This document shows, in pieces, positions 1 through 10,360 of a stretch of DNA of 64,000 nucleotides. The stretch is from Spirochaetia bacterium. Lineage in GTDB: Bacteria; Spirochaetota; Spirochaetia; SZUA-6; Bin103. Both the position numbers and the translations under genes were made by a program. The DNA lies in NCBI GenBank assembly GCA_965203905.1, contig CBDBDQ010000005.1, positions 6,144,001 to 6,208,000 of the forward strand, read 5' to 3'. The notes under the pieces are model-generated. The model saw only the letters and a program-made list of their open reading frames with translations, was not told the DNA's origin and did no database searches. Positions within the stretch are counted from its first letter, which is position 1; each line of letters begins with the position of its first letter.

Positions 1-677
1 TCGCCACGGGTGCCGCCGAGACCCTGGCCATCGTAGGGGCCACCGGCTCGGGCAAGAGCACCATCATCAACCTGATTCCACGCTTCTACGACGTCACCGG
101 CGGCCGGATCGCCATCGACGGCGTCGACATCCGTGACGTCACGCTGCAGTCGCTGCGCCGCCAGATCGGCATCGTGCTGGAGGAGACCACCCTGTTCGGC
201 GGCACCATCCGCGAGAACATCGCCTACGGGCGTCCGGACGCCACCGACGCCGAGGTGGAGGCGGCGGCGCGCGCCGCGGCCGCCCACCAGTTCATCAGCG
301 GCTTTCCCGACGGCTACCACTCCGCAGTCGGCGAGCGCGGCGTGACCCTGTCGGGCGGCCAGAAGCAGCGCATCGCCATCGCCCGGGCGCTGCTCATCGA
401 TCCACGCATCCTGATCTTCGACGACAGCACCAGCAACGTCGACTACGAGACCGAGGTGCAGATCCGCGGCGCCATCGAGAAGCTGCGCCACGAGCGGCTC
501 TCCTTCGTGATCGCCAGCCGCATGAACACGGTGCTGGCGGCCGACCGCGTGCTGCTGCTGGACCAGGGCCGGGTGGCCGGGCTCGGAGAGCACCAGCGCC
601 TGCTGCACGACAACGCGCTGTACGCGGAGATCTACTACGCCCAGCTCTCGGAGCAGCCCGAGGAGGTGGCGTCATGA
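1..677 (+). CDS. Heterodimeric ABC exporter subunit, 5'-truncated by the window edge (NBD with degenerate site)
   Basis: Frame from nt 3 reads GATGSGKST (Walker A), LSGGQKQR signature, ILIFDDSTS (catalytic E replaced by D) and IASR in place of IAHR; ATGA overlap with the next gene. Confidence 0.92.
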   Translation, partial: ATGAAETLAIVGATGSGKSTIINLIPRFYDVTGGRIAIDGVDIRDVTLQSLRRQIGIVLEETTLFGGTIRENIAYGRPDATDAEVEAAARAAAAHQFISGFPDGYHSAVGERGVTLSGGQKQRIAIARALLIDPRILIFDDSTSNVDYETEVQIRGAIEKLRHERLSFVIASRMNTVLAADRVLLLDQGRVAGLGEHQRLLHDNALYAEIYYAQLSEQPEEVAS

Positions 678-2557
678 GCGACTCGCGACGCGACTCCATG
701 CCGGCGCCCGGGCGCGGGCGCATGGGCATGTCCCCGTTCGGCTTCCACGGTGGGGACGACCAGCCGGCGGCCAAGGTGGGCCAGACCCTGCTGCGCATGT
801 ACCGCTACATGAGCGACCGGCCGCTGGCGCTGTTCCTGGTGGTGGCGCTGGCGGTGATCTCCGCCGCCGCCCAGGCCGCGGCGCCGATCTACATCGGCCA
901 CGCGGTGGACGGCCTCAAGGCGTTCCTGGAGGGGGAAGCCGAACGCGCCACGGCCGGCCGCGGGCTCACCATCGCCATGGTGCTGGTGCTGGTCCTGTTC
1001 CTGGTGGGCTGGCTCACCAACGCCGGCAGCCGTTACGCGCTGGCCGCCGTGGGCCAGCGCATGCTGCTGAGGATGCGCAACCAGGTGATGCAGAAGGTGC
1101 ACGAGCTGTCGCTGACCTACTTCGACCGCAACGAGGCCGGCGACCTGCTGTCGCGGCTCACCAACGACACCGAGGTGATCAATCGCACCGTGGGGATGGG
1201 GCTGTCGCGCCTGGTAACCAGTTTCCTGCTGCTGTTCGCGATCCTGGTCGGCATGCTGTGGCTCAACTGGCGCCTGGCGCTGGCCAGCTTCGTGCTGCTG
1301 CCGCTGATGTACGTGAGCACGGCGGTGTTCTCGAAGCGCGCCCGCAGCGCGTTCCGCAAGACCCGCAAGACCATCAGCGGCGTGAGCTCGGAGCTGGAGC
1401 AGAACATCTCCGGCGCGCGCACCGCGCAGGCGTTCAACCGCCAGTCGTGGAACTCGCAGAGCTTCCGTCAGCTCAACCGCGCCAACCGCGACGCCAACGT
1501 CGGCGCCGAGTCGCTCACGGCGGCGTTCGCGCCCACCATGGACGTGATCAGCGCCATCGGCATTGCCGTGGTGCTGGCCTACGGCGGCTACCTCGCGCGC
1601 CTGGAGCTGGTGACCATCGGCGTGATCGTGGCCTTCCTGCAGTACGTGCGCCGATTCTTCGAGCCGGTGCGCGCCATCTCCATGCTGTGGGCGCAGCTCC
1701 AGTCCTCGATCGCCGGCGCCGAGCGGATCTTCGAGCTGCTCGACGAGCGGCCGCAGATCGAGGACGCCCCGGATGCCAAGCCGCTGATGGTGAAGGACGG
1801 GCGCGTGGTGTTGCGTGACGTGTTCTTCTCCTACGAGCCGCAGACGCCGGTGCTGCAGGGGATGAGCCTGGTGGCGGAGCCGGGCCAGACCGTGGCCCTG
1901 GTGGGCCCGACGGGAGCCGGCAAGACCACCGTCATCAGCCTGTTGGAACGGTTCTACGACATCCAGGGCGGCACCGTGACCATCGACGGACAGGATGTGC
2001 GCGGCGTAACCCAGGAGAGCCTGCGGAGCTGCATCAGCATCGTGCTGCAGGACACCTTCCTGTTCGCCGACACCATCCGCCACAACATCCGCTATGGCCG
2101 GCCGGATGCCGACGACGCGGCGGTGGAGGCGGCGGCGCGGCGGGCGCGCGCGCACGAGTTCATCGCCCAACTCCCCGACGGCTACGACACGGTGCTGCAG
2201 GAGGGCGCCAGCAACCTCAGCCGCGGCCAGCGGCAACTGGTCTCCATTGCGCGCGCCCTGCTCAAGGATCCGCGCATCCTGGTGCTGGACGAGGCCACCT
2301 CCAACGTCGACACCCGCACCGAGCTGCTGATCCAGGCCGCGCTCGGCGAGCTGCTGCAGGGGCGCACCAGCTTCGTCATCGCCCACCGCCTCAGCACCGT
2401 CAAGCGCGCCGACGTGATCTACGTCATCGACGAGGGCCGGGTCGCCGAGAGCGGCACCCACGACGAGCTGCTACGGGCGGACGGCACCTACGCGCGCATC
2501 TACCACAGCCAGTTCGAGCTTACGGAAGCGGCTGGCACCCCCGCGACCGCCGGCTGA
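674..2557 (+). CDS. Heterodimeric ABC exporter subunit, TMD plus NBD (TM288/MdlB-like)
   Basis: Hydrophobic TMD, GPTGAGKTT, LSRGQRQ, ILVLDEATS, IAHRLST. Confidence 0.93.
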   Translation: MSDSRRDSMPAPGRGRMGMSPFGFHGGDDQPAAKVGQTLLRMYRYMSDRPLALFLVVALAVISAAAQAAAPIYIGHAVDGLKAFLEGEAERATAGRGLTIAMVLVLVLFLVGWLTNAGSRYALAAVGQRMLLRMRNQVMQKVHELSLTYFDRNEAGDLLSRLTNDTEVINRTVGMGLSRLVTSFLLLFAILVGMLWLNWRLALASFVLLPLMYVSTAVFSKRARSAFRKTRKTISGVSSELEQNISGARTAQAFNRQSWNSQSFRQLNRANRDANVGAESLTAAFAPTMDVISAIGIAVVLAYGGYLARLELVTIGVIVAFLQYVRRFFEPVRAISMLWAQLQSSIAGAERIFELLDERPQIEDAPDAKPLMVKDGRVVLRDVFFSYEPQTPVLQGMSLVAEPGQTVALVGPTGAGKTTVISLLERFYDIQGGTVTIDGQDVRGVTQESLRSCISIVLQDTFLFADTIRHNIRYGRPDADDAAVEAAARRARAHEFIAQLPDGYDTVLQEGASNLSRGQRQLVSIARALLKDPRILVLDEATSNVDTRTELLIQAALGELLQGRTSFVIAHRLSTVKRADVIYVIDEGRVAESGTHDELLRADGTYARIYHSQFELTEAAGTPATAG

Positions 2558-2581
2558 GGCGCCCCCCTGATGGTGTGAGTT

Positions 2582-3244
2582 TCAGTCGAGCCGGAACGGT
2601 GGATAGCGGTCGGTGGTCAGGACGTAGGCGTAGGCCGCGACGCGGAGCCACCAGCGCAGATAACCCTCCATGAACTGGAAGATCCAGCGCGGCTGGCTGC
2701 CGGTAACGAGAATCACGATCCAGCCGAGGATCGACACCGGCGGGACCACCACTCCCAGCACGCTCAGGACGATGTAATGGGGAATCGCGAGCAGCCACTT
2801 GAACAGGGGCAGCACCCGGTTGAGCTCGGCTGAGACATCGGGATAGGCGATCTCCAACGTCACCGCCTGCTGCTCGTCGGTCGAGGGATATTCGTCGCGC
2901 AGCAGGAGCAGGTAGGCGCCGATCCGCGCGCTGAATCGCGCCAGCTCCAGGTTCCAGTTGAACCACCAGCGGGGATACTTCTGTCGGAACAGGATCATGA
3001 GCGCGGTGGCGATGGCAAGCCCGGCGCCGACCCCCGCCGCCCCGGCCGCGGCATTCGACCGGTCACTGAGATCCCAGTTTCCGAAGGTGTCGTACTGGCT
3101 GGGATCGCTGTGACCGGAGAGCAGGCTCGCGACAATCAGAATCGGTATGGCCAGGATGAGGCGCACGAGCACCGAGCCCCGGTTCCTGGTCCCCTCGGGA
3201 AACTCCACCCGGAACTGTACCGGGTAGCTGTCGGATGGATTCAC
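2582..3244 (-). CDS. DUF4389 family membrane protein
   Basis: Two internal repeats (RLILAIP / KWLLAIPH), YPRWWF...RDEYPS, C-terminal TDRYPPFRL; AAGGAG upstream of GTG. Confidence 0.85.
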   Translation of the reverse strand: MNPSDSYPVQFRVEFPEGTRNRGSVLVRLILAIPILIVASLLSGHSDPSQYDTFGNWDLSDRSNAAAGAAGVGAGLAIATALMILFRQKYPRWWFNWNLELARFSARIGAYLLLLRDEYPSTDEQQAVTLEIAYPDVSAELNRVLPLFKWLLAIPHYIVLSVLGVVVPPVSILGWIVILVTGSQPRWIFQFMEGYLRWWLRVAAYAYVLTTDRYPPFRLD

Positions 3245-3421
3245 GGCATCATACTCCTTCGTGCGGCGGCCGGCGGCGGCGAGAAGTCCCCGCGGGCAGG
3301 GCCTGGGGCGTGGCCCCAGATACTACGCACGCAGCCCGCACTGTCAACAGCGCATGCGAAACCGGCGGCCGGCAGCGGCGGAGCGGACGCCGCGCCGCAA
3401 TCGTCCGGTATACTGTGGTTC

Positions 3422-3865
3422 GTGACCGCCAAGCCTCCCTCCACCCACTGGACGCGGCAGATCCCGCGCTACGTAGGCAACCTGCAGCGCTTCATCGTGG
3501 TGCTGATACTGGCGCTCGTCCTGGTCCTCGTCGCGGTCCTGATCGCGCGGCTCGGCTGGCTCATCGTCACGGACCTGCTGCAAACGCCGATCGCGCAGTT
3601 GTCGGCCGCTCAGTTCCTGAATCTGTTCAGCTTCGTGCTGCTGGTCTTGATCGGGGTCGAGCTGATCGAGTCGGTGCAGTTGTTTCTGACCGATGCGCAC
3701 GTGCACGTCGAGTTCCTGATCCTGATCGCACTTACGGCCATCTGCCGCAAGATCATCATCATGGAGGTCACCAAGGAAGCCCCTCTCACCCTGATGGGTA
3801 TCGCTGCACTGGTGATCAGCCTTGCCGCCGCGTACTTCCTCATCAAGGGAAGGCATCTGGAATAG
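3422..3865 (+). CDS. PsiE-family membrane protein
   Basis: LLVLIGVELIES and IALTAICRKII motifs, about 4 TM segments; GTG start chosen from the TATACT 7 nt upstream. Confidence 0.8.
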   Translation: MTAKPPSTHWTRQIPRYVGNLQRFIVVLILALVLVLVAVLIARLGWLIVTDLLQTPIAQLSAAQFLNLFSFVLLVLIGVELIESVQLFLTDAHVHVEFLILIALTAICRKIIIMEVTKEAPLTLMGIAALVISLAAAYFLIKGRHLE

Positions 3866-3903
3866 AGTGAGAGCTGGGGACGCCGCGGCACCCGTTCCCG
3901 GGT

Positions 3904-4692
3904 CTAAACCGTCGGCGCGGCGCCGCCGTCGACGTTGATGGCCGAGCCGGTGACGAAGGCGGCGCGGGCGGAGGCAAGGAACACGATCACGTCGCCGGCT
4001 TCCTCGGCAGCCGCGATCCGCCCGAGCGGAATCTGCTTGCCGCCGTCCTGGTAGAACTGCTCCAGCGTATAGGAAGGATCGTCGGCGTGCTGTAGCTGCC
4101 AGCGGCGGTCGTTCTGTCGGCTCCTGATGTTGCTCACGCACACCGTGTTCACACGGATGCCGGCACCGGCGTATTCGTTGGCCAGCGCCTTGGTCAGGGC
4201 AATGCCGGCGGCGCGCGACAGCGAGGTGGGTACCGAGGCCCCCGGCGCCGCCTTGCCCGCTGGGGTGGTGATGTTGATGATCACGCCGCCGCGCTCCTTC
4301 AGCGCCGGCAGCACGGCACGCACACAGTGCACGGCGCCGTACAGCTTGAGCTGCAGGTCGGCCCCCAGCAGCTCGTCGTCCATCGCCTCGAACCGATTCG
4401 CGTTGCCGGTCCCGGCGTTGTTGACCAGGATGTCGATGCGCCCGAAGTGGTCCCGCACGCGCTGCGCCATCGCCTGAATCTGCTCCATGTCGCCGACGTC
4501 GGCGGCCACCGGCAGCACCTCCGAGCCGGTGGCCGCGGCGATCTCCGCCGCCGCGGTGTCCAGATCCGCCTGGTTGCGCGCCACGATCGCTACCCGTGCG
4601 CCCTCGCGGGCGAAGCGCTCCGCCGCCGCGCGGCCGATCCCGAAGCTGCCACCGGTCACGATGGCCACCATGTTTTGCAAACCGAGGTCCAT
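3904..4692 (-). CDS. Short-chain dehydrogenase/reductase
   Basis: MDLGL...VTGGSFGIG, NNAG, VTGSAINVDGG; canonical YxxxK absent (TSLSR). Confidence 0.9.
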   Translation of the reverse strand: MDLGLQNMVAIVTGGSFGIGRAAAERFAREGARVAIVARNQADLDTAAAEIAAATGSEVLPVAADVGDMEQIQAMAQRVRDHFGRIDILVNNAGTGNANRFEAMDDELLGADLQLKLYGAVHCVRAVLPALKERGGVIINITTPAGKAAPGASVPTSLSRAAGIALTKALANEYAGAGIRVNTVCVSNIRSRQNDRRWQLQHADDPSYTLEQFYQDGGKQIPLGRIAAAEEAGDVIVFLASARAAFVTGSAINVDGGAAPTV

Positions 4693-4710
4693 GCGGGCAT
4701 CATAGCCGGT
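4693..4710. promoter_or_regulatory. Putative bidirectional leaderless promoter
   Basis: 18-nt gap between divergent ATGs; TATGAT on - (4704-4699) overlaps CATCAT on + (4698-4703), each 6-7 nt from its ATG. Confidence 0.65.
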
Positions 4711-5478
4711 ATGCAGGAACCGCGCCCCCTCACCAGCGACGAGATCCACTTCTTTCGCTTCAACGGCTTCCTCAAGCTGCCGTGGCGGTTGCCCGACGAC
4801 TTGGTAGAGCGACTCAAGGCCCAGGCCGGCGCCGACGTCGAGCAGGAGGTGGAGCCGCTGGTCCGCGACTACCGCGGCGACGTGATGCGCCTGTCGGCCA
4901 TCTGGGAGCGCGGCGAAGCGTTCCAGGAGGCGCTCGGCGGCGCCGAGGTGGTGCCGGCGCTGCAGTCGCTGCTGGGGCCGGACGTGGAGTTGACGCTCAA
5001 CCGGCACAACCACATGACCCTCAGGCGCCGGGACGACCGCAGCGCCATGTCGGTCTACCTGCATCGCGACGTGAGCAACTGGTCACGCACCATCTGCACG
5101 ATCCTGTTCTATCTCGAAGACACCAACCTGGAGAACGGCTGCACCCAGGTCATCCCCGGCAGTCACCTGCTGCCCAACGTCGCTCCGGGCCTGAAGGCGG
5201 AAACGGACCCCTGGTGGATCGCTTCCGGGCTCCTGGAACAGCGTATCTCGCTGCCGATGCCGGCGGGCGGCATGCTGGCGATCGACAGCATGCTGCTGCA
5301 CGCCGCCGGCAGGAACCGCACCGACGGCACGCGCATGAGCCTCACGGCCGGCTATCACCTGGTGGATCACCACGCCGGTGCCTGGGACCCCAAGCGTGCG
5401 CTGGTCTGCGGCGAGCGCGTCTACCGCGGCAACGATGTGACCCTCATGCGCAAGGAACGGAAGGGCGCTCCCGCATGA
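4711..5478 (+). CDS. Phytanoyl-CoA dioxygenase (PhyH) family protein
   Basis: FRFNGFL, HxD (LHRD), ENGCTQVIPGSH, distal His LLHAAGRN...R. Confidence 0.9.
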   Translation: MQEPRPLTSDEIHFFRFNGFLKLPWRLPDDLVERLKAQAGADVEQEVEPLVRDYRGDVMRLSAIWERGEAFQEALGGAEVVPALQSLLGPDVELTLNRHNHMTLRRRDDRSAMSVYLHRDVSNWSRTICTILFYLEDTNLENGCTQVIPGSHLLPNVAPGLKAETDPWWIASGLLEQRISLPMPAGGMLAIDSMLLHAAGRNRTDGTRMSLTAGYHLVDHHAGAWDPKRALVCGERVYRGNDVTLMRKERKGAPA

Positions 5479-6526
5479 GCAAACCGCGCCTGCTCTTCGC
5501 CCCGGCCCGCGAGCACACCGACAAAGTGTTTTGCCAGCGGATTTGCAGCGTCTGGAAGCACATTTCGAGGTGGATCGCAACGACCGCGACGAGGATCTCG
5601 ATGCGGCTGAAGTGGAGGCCCGCATTGGCGGCTGCGAGGGGCTGGTGACCGGTTGGCGAACCACCGATCCGGGCACGTTGCGCCCGCGCGGAGCGATGCC
5701 GCTTACGCCCGCCATCCTGGAAGCGGCCGACCGGCTCAGGATCATCGCCCACGCAGCCGGGTCGGTACGGCAGATGCTGGCCGAGGTGTGGCACGACTAC
5801 ATCGCACCGCGCCGCATCTGCGTGTTCACCGCCACCGTCGAGATCGGCTACAACGTCGCCGAGACCGCGCTGGGGCTGATGATCATGAGCAGCAAGCGGC
5901 TGCTGGAATACGCGCTGCACCTGCGCCACACAGGTGGCTGGCGGGCCGCCGACATCCCGGTGGACGAGCAGCACGTGTTCGGCGCCACCGTGGGCATCGT
6001 CGGCGCCAGCGACGTGGGGCGCGAGGTGTTGCGCCTGTTGCGGCCGTTCGACGTGCGCGTGCTGCTGTACGATCCCTACCTGGATGCCGCGGAAGCCCGC
6101 GCCCTGGAGGTCGAGCAGGTGGAGTTGGACGAGCTGTTCGCGCGGTCGGACATCGTCACGCTGCACGCGCCGAGCATCCCCGAGACCCGGCACCTGGTGG
6201 GCGCGGCGCAGTTGCGACGGCTGCGCGACGGCGCCCTGCTGGTCAACACCGCCCGCGGCAGCCTCATCGACCAGGAGGCGCTGATCCGGGAGGCGGGCAG
6301 CGGCCGCATCCGCGTGGCCCTGGACGTCACCACGCCGGAACCGCTGCCGGGCGACAGCCCGTTGCGCCGCATGCCCAACGTGATCGTCACCCCGCACCTG
6401 GCCGGGCAAGGCCGTTACGGCCACCTGCGGATCGGCGCCGCCACGCTCCGGGCACTGGAGAACTTCTTCGCCGGACGCCCGGTGCAGGGCGCCATCGATC
6501 ACGCGCGCTGGGCCCGGCTCGCGTGA
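5475..6526 (+). CDS. D-isomer-specific 2-hydroxyacid dehydrogenase, with a 1-nt frameshift at the T4 run 5529-5532
   Basis: ATGA-coupled start MSKPRLLF joins the 5531 frame if one T is added; GASDVG, NTARG, LDVTTPEPL, TPHLAG. Confidence 0.85.
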
Positions 6527-7398
6527 GCACCTCACGGGAGACGCCGGACGCACTCGCCTCCGCCGTGGGTTGCGCCCTCGAACCGTTTCCGCACCTTCTC
6601 TTCGGGTTCCTGTTCGGATCGGCCGCCACGGGACGCCTGCGCCGCGACTCCGACCTGGACGTGGCCGTGTACCAGGCGTCGGCCGGGAAGCTGGAAATCG
6701 AGGTCGACCGCGAACTGGATCGGGAAGCGGAGATCCAGGTTGCCGTGGAACGCGCGACGCAGCGCAATGTGGACCTGCTCACCCTGAACCGGGCGCCGGC
6801 CACCGTGTGTGCCGCAGCGTTGCTGTCCGGCCGTCGCGTGCTGCTGCGCGACGGCGCCCTGTACACTCGCTACCTGCTCGCGGTCACCACGGTGGCCAGC
6901 GACTTCCTGGAGACCGAAGGCGAGTTCCGCGCCATCCGCGCCCGGAGCCGTTCGCTTGCGCCGATCGATCGCAGCCGGCTGCAGCGCATCCTCGACTTCA
7001 TCGACACGGAGCTGAAGGACCGCGACCAGTTCCGCACCGTGACGCTGGAGCGCTATCGGACCGACCGCAACCTGCGGCGCAATCTCGACCGCTGGGAGGA
7101 GACGCTGATCAACGCGGCGATCGACATCGGCAAGATCGTCCTCGGTTCCGAACAACGACCGGTCCCTTACACGTATGGGCAGATCCTGGCCGACCTGGAG
7201 GCTACCGAGCACTTCTCGGACCTGGGCGGCCGCCTCAAGCCGCTGGCGGCGCTCCGTAACGTGCTGGCGCACGAGTACCTGGAGCTGCGCTTCGGGCGCG
7301 TGGCGAGCTTCGTCGCCGATGGAGCGGGCACCATCGAGCGCCTCGCCCGACTCACCGATGTGTGGCTTCGCGCGAGGGGCTCCGAGGAGAGCGCGTAG
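6523..7398 (+). CDS. Fused MNT nucleotidyltransferase plus HEPN/DUF86 RNase (MntA-HepT-like)
   Basis: GS-x10-DLD (GSAATGRLRRDSDLD) and RNVLAHEY (Rx4HxY) in one frame; GTGA overlap with the upstream gene. Confidence 0.88.
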   Translation: MSTSRETPDALASAVGCALEPFPHLLFGFLFGSAATGRLRRDSDLDVAVYQASAGKLEIEVDRELDREAEIQVAVERATQRNVDLLTLNRAPATVCAAALLSGRRVLLRDGALYTRYLLAVTTVASDFLETEGEFRAIRARSRSLAPIDRSRLQRILDFIDTELKDRDQFRTVTLERYRTDRNLRRNLDRWEETLINAAIDIGKIVLGSEQRPVPYTYGQILADLEATEHFSDLGGRLKPLAALRNVLAHEYLELRFGRVASFVADGAGTIERLARLTDVWLRARGSEESA

Positions 7399-7509
7399 TC
7401 CCGCCGCCGGCACCGCCGGGCTGCAGCCCTCTACCTTGCCGTCCACACCGGGAGCACCGCGCCGCGGCACAAGGTAGCGGCGGCAGCGCACCGGTAACCG
7501 AGGGTGCGG

Positions 7510-8475
7510 CTATCCCTGCGCGGGAGACACCTCCTCGCTGATCCAGTTGCCGGCCACGTAGACCGGGCGGTACAGCGAGCGCCGCTTGGGTGGCATGTCC
7601 GCCAGCACCGCTGCCGGCGGTTCCCAGTTGTGCCACTTGGCGTGAATGGAGTTGTAGCAGTTGAACACCGCCACCCGCTGCCGCTCCGGGTTGCGCCACG
7701 GCTGACCGCTGTGGGTCAGCGCCTCGGTGAACATCAGCACCGAGCCGGCGGGACAGGCGTACGTCTCCCACAGCGGGCAGTCGGCGCTGAAGATCTCCTC
7801 CGGCGCCGGATAGGCCGCCTTGTGGCTGCCGCTGAGCAGCAGGGTGCCGCCGTCGTCCTCCGCCACCTCGTTCAACTCCCACACGATCCGCACCATGCCG
7901 GCATAGGCACGTCCCGGGAAGGCCTGGTAGTGATGACAGTCCCCGGGCAGGCGCATCATTCCGTTGCCGTTGTGCGGCCCGAAGGAACCGTCACCGCGGG
8001 AGCCGTGGCGGCCGCCGTGAGCGCTGCGCACGGTGATGAAGCTGTGCTCCTGGCGAAATCCGTAGCCCGCGTCGGTCTCCAGGGAGTTGCCGCCACCGTC
8101 GGTGAAGGGGTTGTAGATGAATTCCTGGGCAAAGCCGATCACCACGGGGTGGTCGGTGAGACGCTGCAGCGGTCCGCCCACCGGGGAGCGCCGATGCTCC
8201 GGAATCGCCTCCGGATCGGTCTCCAGGCGCAGCACGAACTCGCGCATCTCCTCGATCTCGGCCTCATCCAGGACCCCCGGAATCGCCAGCCACCCCTTGG
8301 TATCGAAGTGGTACTTCTGCGCCGCGGTGAGCGGCACCACCGCTCGGCCCTCGGCGTCGGCGGTAGCGAAGCGCACCGCATCGGTCATCATCGGCGCGCC
8401 CATATCCTTGTCCAGCACGAACGCCGGCGCCGTCCCGGCCGCCAGCCGCTCGCGCGCGGAAACGCGTTGCTTCAT
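7510..8475 (-). CDS. PhyH family dioxygenase
   Basis: KYHFDTKGWL, GGTLLLSGSHK, FTEALTHSG...R. Confidence 0.85.
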   Translation of the reverse strand: MKQRVSARERLAAGTAPAFVLDKDMGAPMMTDAVRFATADAEGRAVVPLTAAQKYHFDTKGWLAIPGVLDEAEIEEMREFVLRLETDPEAIPEHRRSPVGGPLQRLTDHPVVIGFAQEFIYNPFTDGGGNSLETDAGYGFRQEHSFITVRSAHGGRHGSRGDGSFGPHNGNGMMRLPGDCHHYQAFPGRAYAGMVRIVWELNEVAEDDGGTLLLSGSHKAAYPAPEEIFSADCPLWETYACPAGSVLMFTEALTHSGQPWRNPERQRVAVFNCYNSIHAKWHNWEPPAAVLADMPPKRRSLYRPVYVAGNWISEEVSPAQG

Positions 8476-8671
8476 GACGTCGAGTGTAGCCGCGGCACCG
8501 CGACTGTCGCCAGCGGGGCCAGCGGGCAGTGCCGTATTTCGAATCCCGCCGGTTACCGGAACGTAGCGAGGGCCGCGGAGGATACCCCCCAGCGGCCCTC
8601 TCCGATAACAGGCGCCGCGGTTCAGCCGCTGCCGCTCTCGCCGCCCGAGCGAGTGTCCTCATGGTGCGCAG

Positions 8672-10360
8672 TTACGCCGGCCAGGCGATCAATGCCAAGC
8701 GGGCCAGTTCCTCCTGTCGGCGCGCGATCTGGTGCGGCGCCCAATCTTCGACTTCGGCGACCATCCTGGTGAGCCGGTACGGTGATGTTCCGTAGAGACG
8801 TCGCTTGTCCGCGAATCTCTCGCTCTTCAGTGCGGCGTTGCTGCTTGCCCGGAGCAGCACCTGATTGCCCAGACGGTTGACGTACATCGCGGCCTCATCC
8901 ACGCTGAACTGCGGCCAGTTGCCCTCGGGTTTCTTCGGCAGGACGTGCTCCAAATTGATCACCGTCGGATCCTGCGTGGGCATGAACCACGGCTCTCGCT
9001 CCCCTGCGGCCGCCATCTCCAAAGCGCGCAGATAGTACCGCGCCAGTTGCGCCCTGGACACGCGAGCCGCTTCGAACGCGCGGCGAAATTCCTCGTCACC
9101 TGGTGTCATGCCGTTCAGTTTTCCCTTCAGATCACGTGTCGTACTCAACTCGCCGGCGGCCACACCGTGCGCTGCAGACGCCAACGGGACCTCGACCGAC
9201 CCACTGCGGGTACCGCTGGCGATGAGCAGTCTTACGCCAAGGGAAAGGGCGAACCGAAAGGCCGCATCGGCCTCATCACGCGCGAACTCCATCGCTACGG
9301 CCAGCAGAAGCGGACGCATGGGACGGATGTTCAACAGGTTGAGAACCTTCAACGACCGCCTGGCGGCGTCCGAATACCCATTCCAGCGCTCGTGCTCGAT
9401 ATTGAAGGTCGCCACATAGGCATTGGCAAGCTGTTCAAGCCTGGTGGCGAAGTTGATCGCCGTGTAATCGCTCCTCACCCGCTCCTGCACTGCGTCGTAC
9501 ACTTGCGACTCCCGGGTGTGTCCACGGATCGTGATCAACGCGTGACGCAGAAAGTCGACGGTGATGTCGCTGTCATCGAGGCTCTCCAGCGTTCCCCGGA
9601 GATAACTCCAGCGGCTGCGCACTTCATCGATCCGGTCGCCGGAGCGGCTGAACAGGTAGTTCTTGATCAGGTCGGCCTGCGAGGTGCGCAGGCCGCGGTC
9701 GTTGAGAGTCTCGAACATCTTGTATGCGTTTGCATCGTTCGGTACACGCAGGAGGACGACCAGAGCACGCTGTTCGATGAACGAGACCCAATGATCGAGC
9801 TGATCGCCGTGGTCCTTCTCATCTATCGAGGACACGATGCTGCGAACGTATCCCCTCGCGCGCCGCTGAGCGTCTCTGAGCAGGAAATGCGAAGTCCGCT
9901 CCGCTGCCGGCTCACTCTGGTCCGGATTGCGGGCAACGATCCACTCGAACAGAGCATTGTCGTCGGCATTGAGCCGCAGCTTCGGAACCCGCGCACGCCT
10001 CTGCCGATCGATGCCGGTCAGGAAGTCGTTGTCGATCGCTTCGACGATCACGTCCTCCTTGCCGATCAGGTAATCGCGTATCGCCGCCAGCAGGATGGCG
10101 GTCGTGGCAAGCCGCTGTTGGCCGTCGACTACCTCCAGCGTGCCGTCGGGTCTGGGAATGGTGACTATGGTGCCCAGGAAATAGCCCGGCTCCCCGTCGG
10201 CGATCGCCTTCGCGAAGTCTCGGCACAGTTGCATCACCTCGCGGTCGGTCCAGGCGTATTCGCGCTGGTTGGGAGGCACCGTCAACCGGTACTGCTTCAG
10301 CACGCTGCCCAAGCCCAACTGCTGAAACGCTATCTGGCTTTGCGTGTCGGACATGATCAA
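8672..10360 (-). CDS. GmrSD-like type IV restriction protein (DUF262 plus DUF1524)
   Basis: QREYAW, DGQQR, FETLNDRG, EHVLP...LGN...N HNH-type end; lower GC than flanks. Confidence 0.9.
   Translation of the reverse strand: MIMSDTQSQIAFQQLGLGSVLKQYRLTVPPNQREYAWTDREVMQLCRDFAKAIADGEPGYFLGTIVTIPRPDGTLEVVDGQQRLATTAILLAAIRDYLIGKEDVIVEAIDNDFLTGIDRQRRARVPKLRLNADDNALFEWIVARNPDQSEPAAERTSHFLLRDAQRRARGYVRSIVSSIDEKDHGDQLDHWVSFIEQRALVVLLRVPNDANAYKMFETLNDRGLRTSQADLIKNYLFSRSGDRIDEVRSRWSYLRGTLESLDDSDITVDFLRHALITIRGHTRESQVYDAVQERVRSDYTAINFATRLEQLANAYVATFNIEHERWNGYSDAARRSLKVLNLLNIRPMRPLLLAVAMEFARDEADAAFRFALSLGVRLLIASGTRSGSVEVPLASAAHGVAAGELSTTRDLKGKLNGMTPGDEEFRRAFEAARVSRAQLARYYLRALEMAAAGEREPWFMPTQDPTVINLEHVLPKKPEGNWPQFSVDEAAMYVNRLGNQVLLRASSNAALKSERFADKRRLYGTSPYRLTRMVAEVEDWAPHQIARRQEELARLALIAWPA

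Noticed and set aside
5520-5540. Programmed -1 frameshift in the dehydrogenase
   Set aside because: No X XXY YYZ slippery heptamer or evident stimulator; a homopolymer indel is simpler
8522-8558. TTCGAATCCCGCC resembling a tRNA T-arm or att site next to GmrSD
   Set aside because: The 5' side of the T-stem is not adjacent, and there is no cloverleaf, CCA end or second copy
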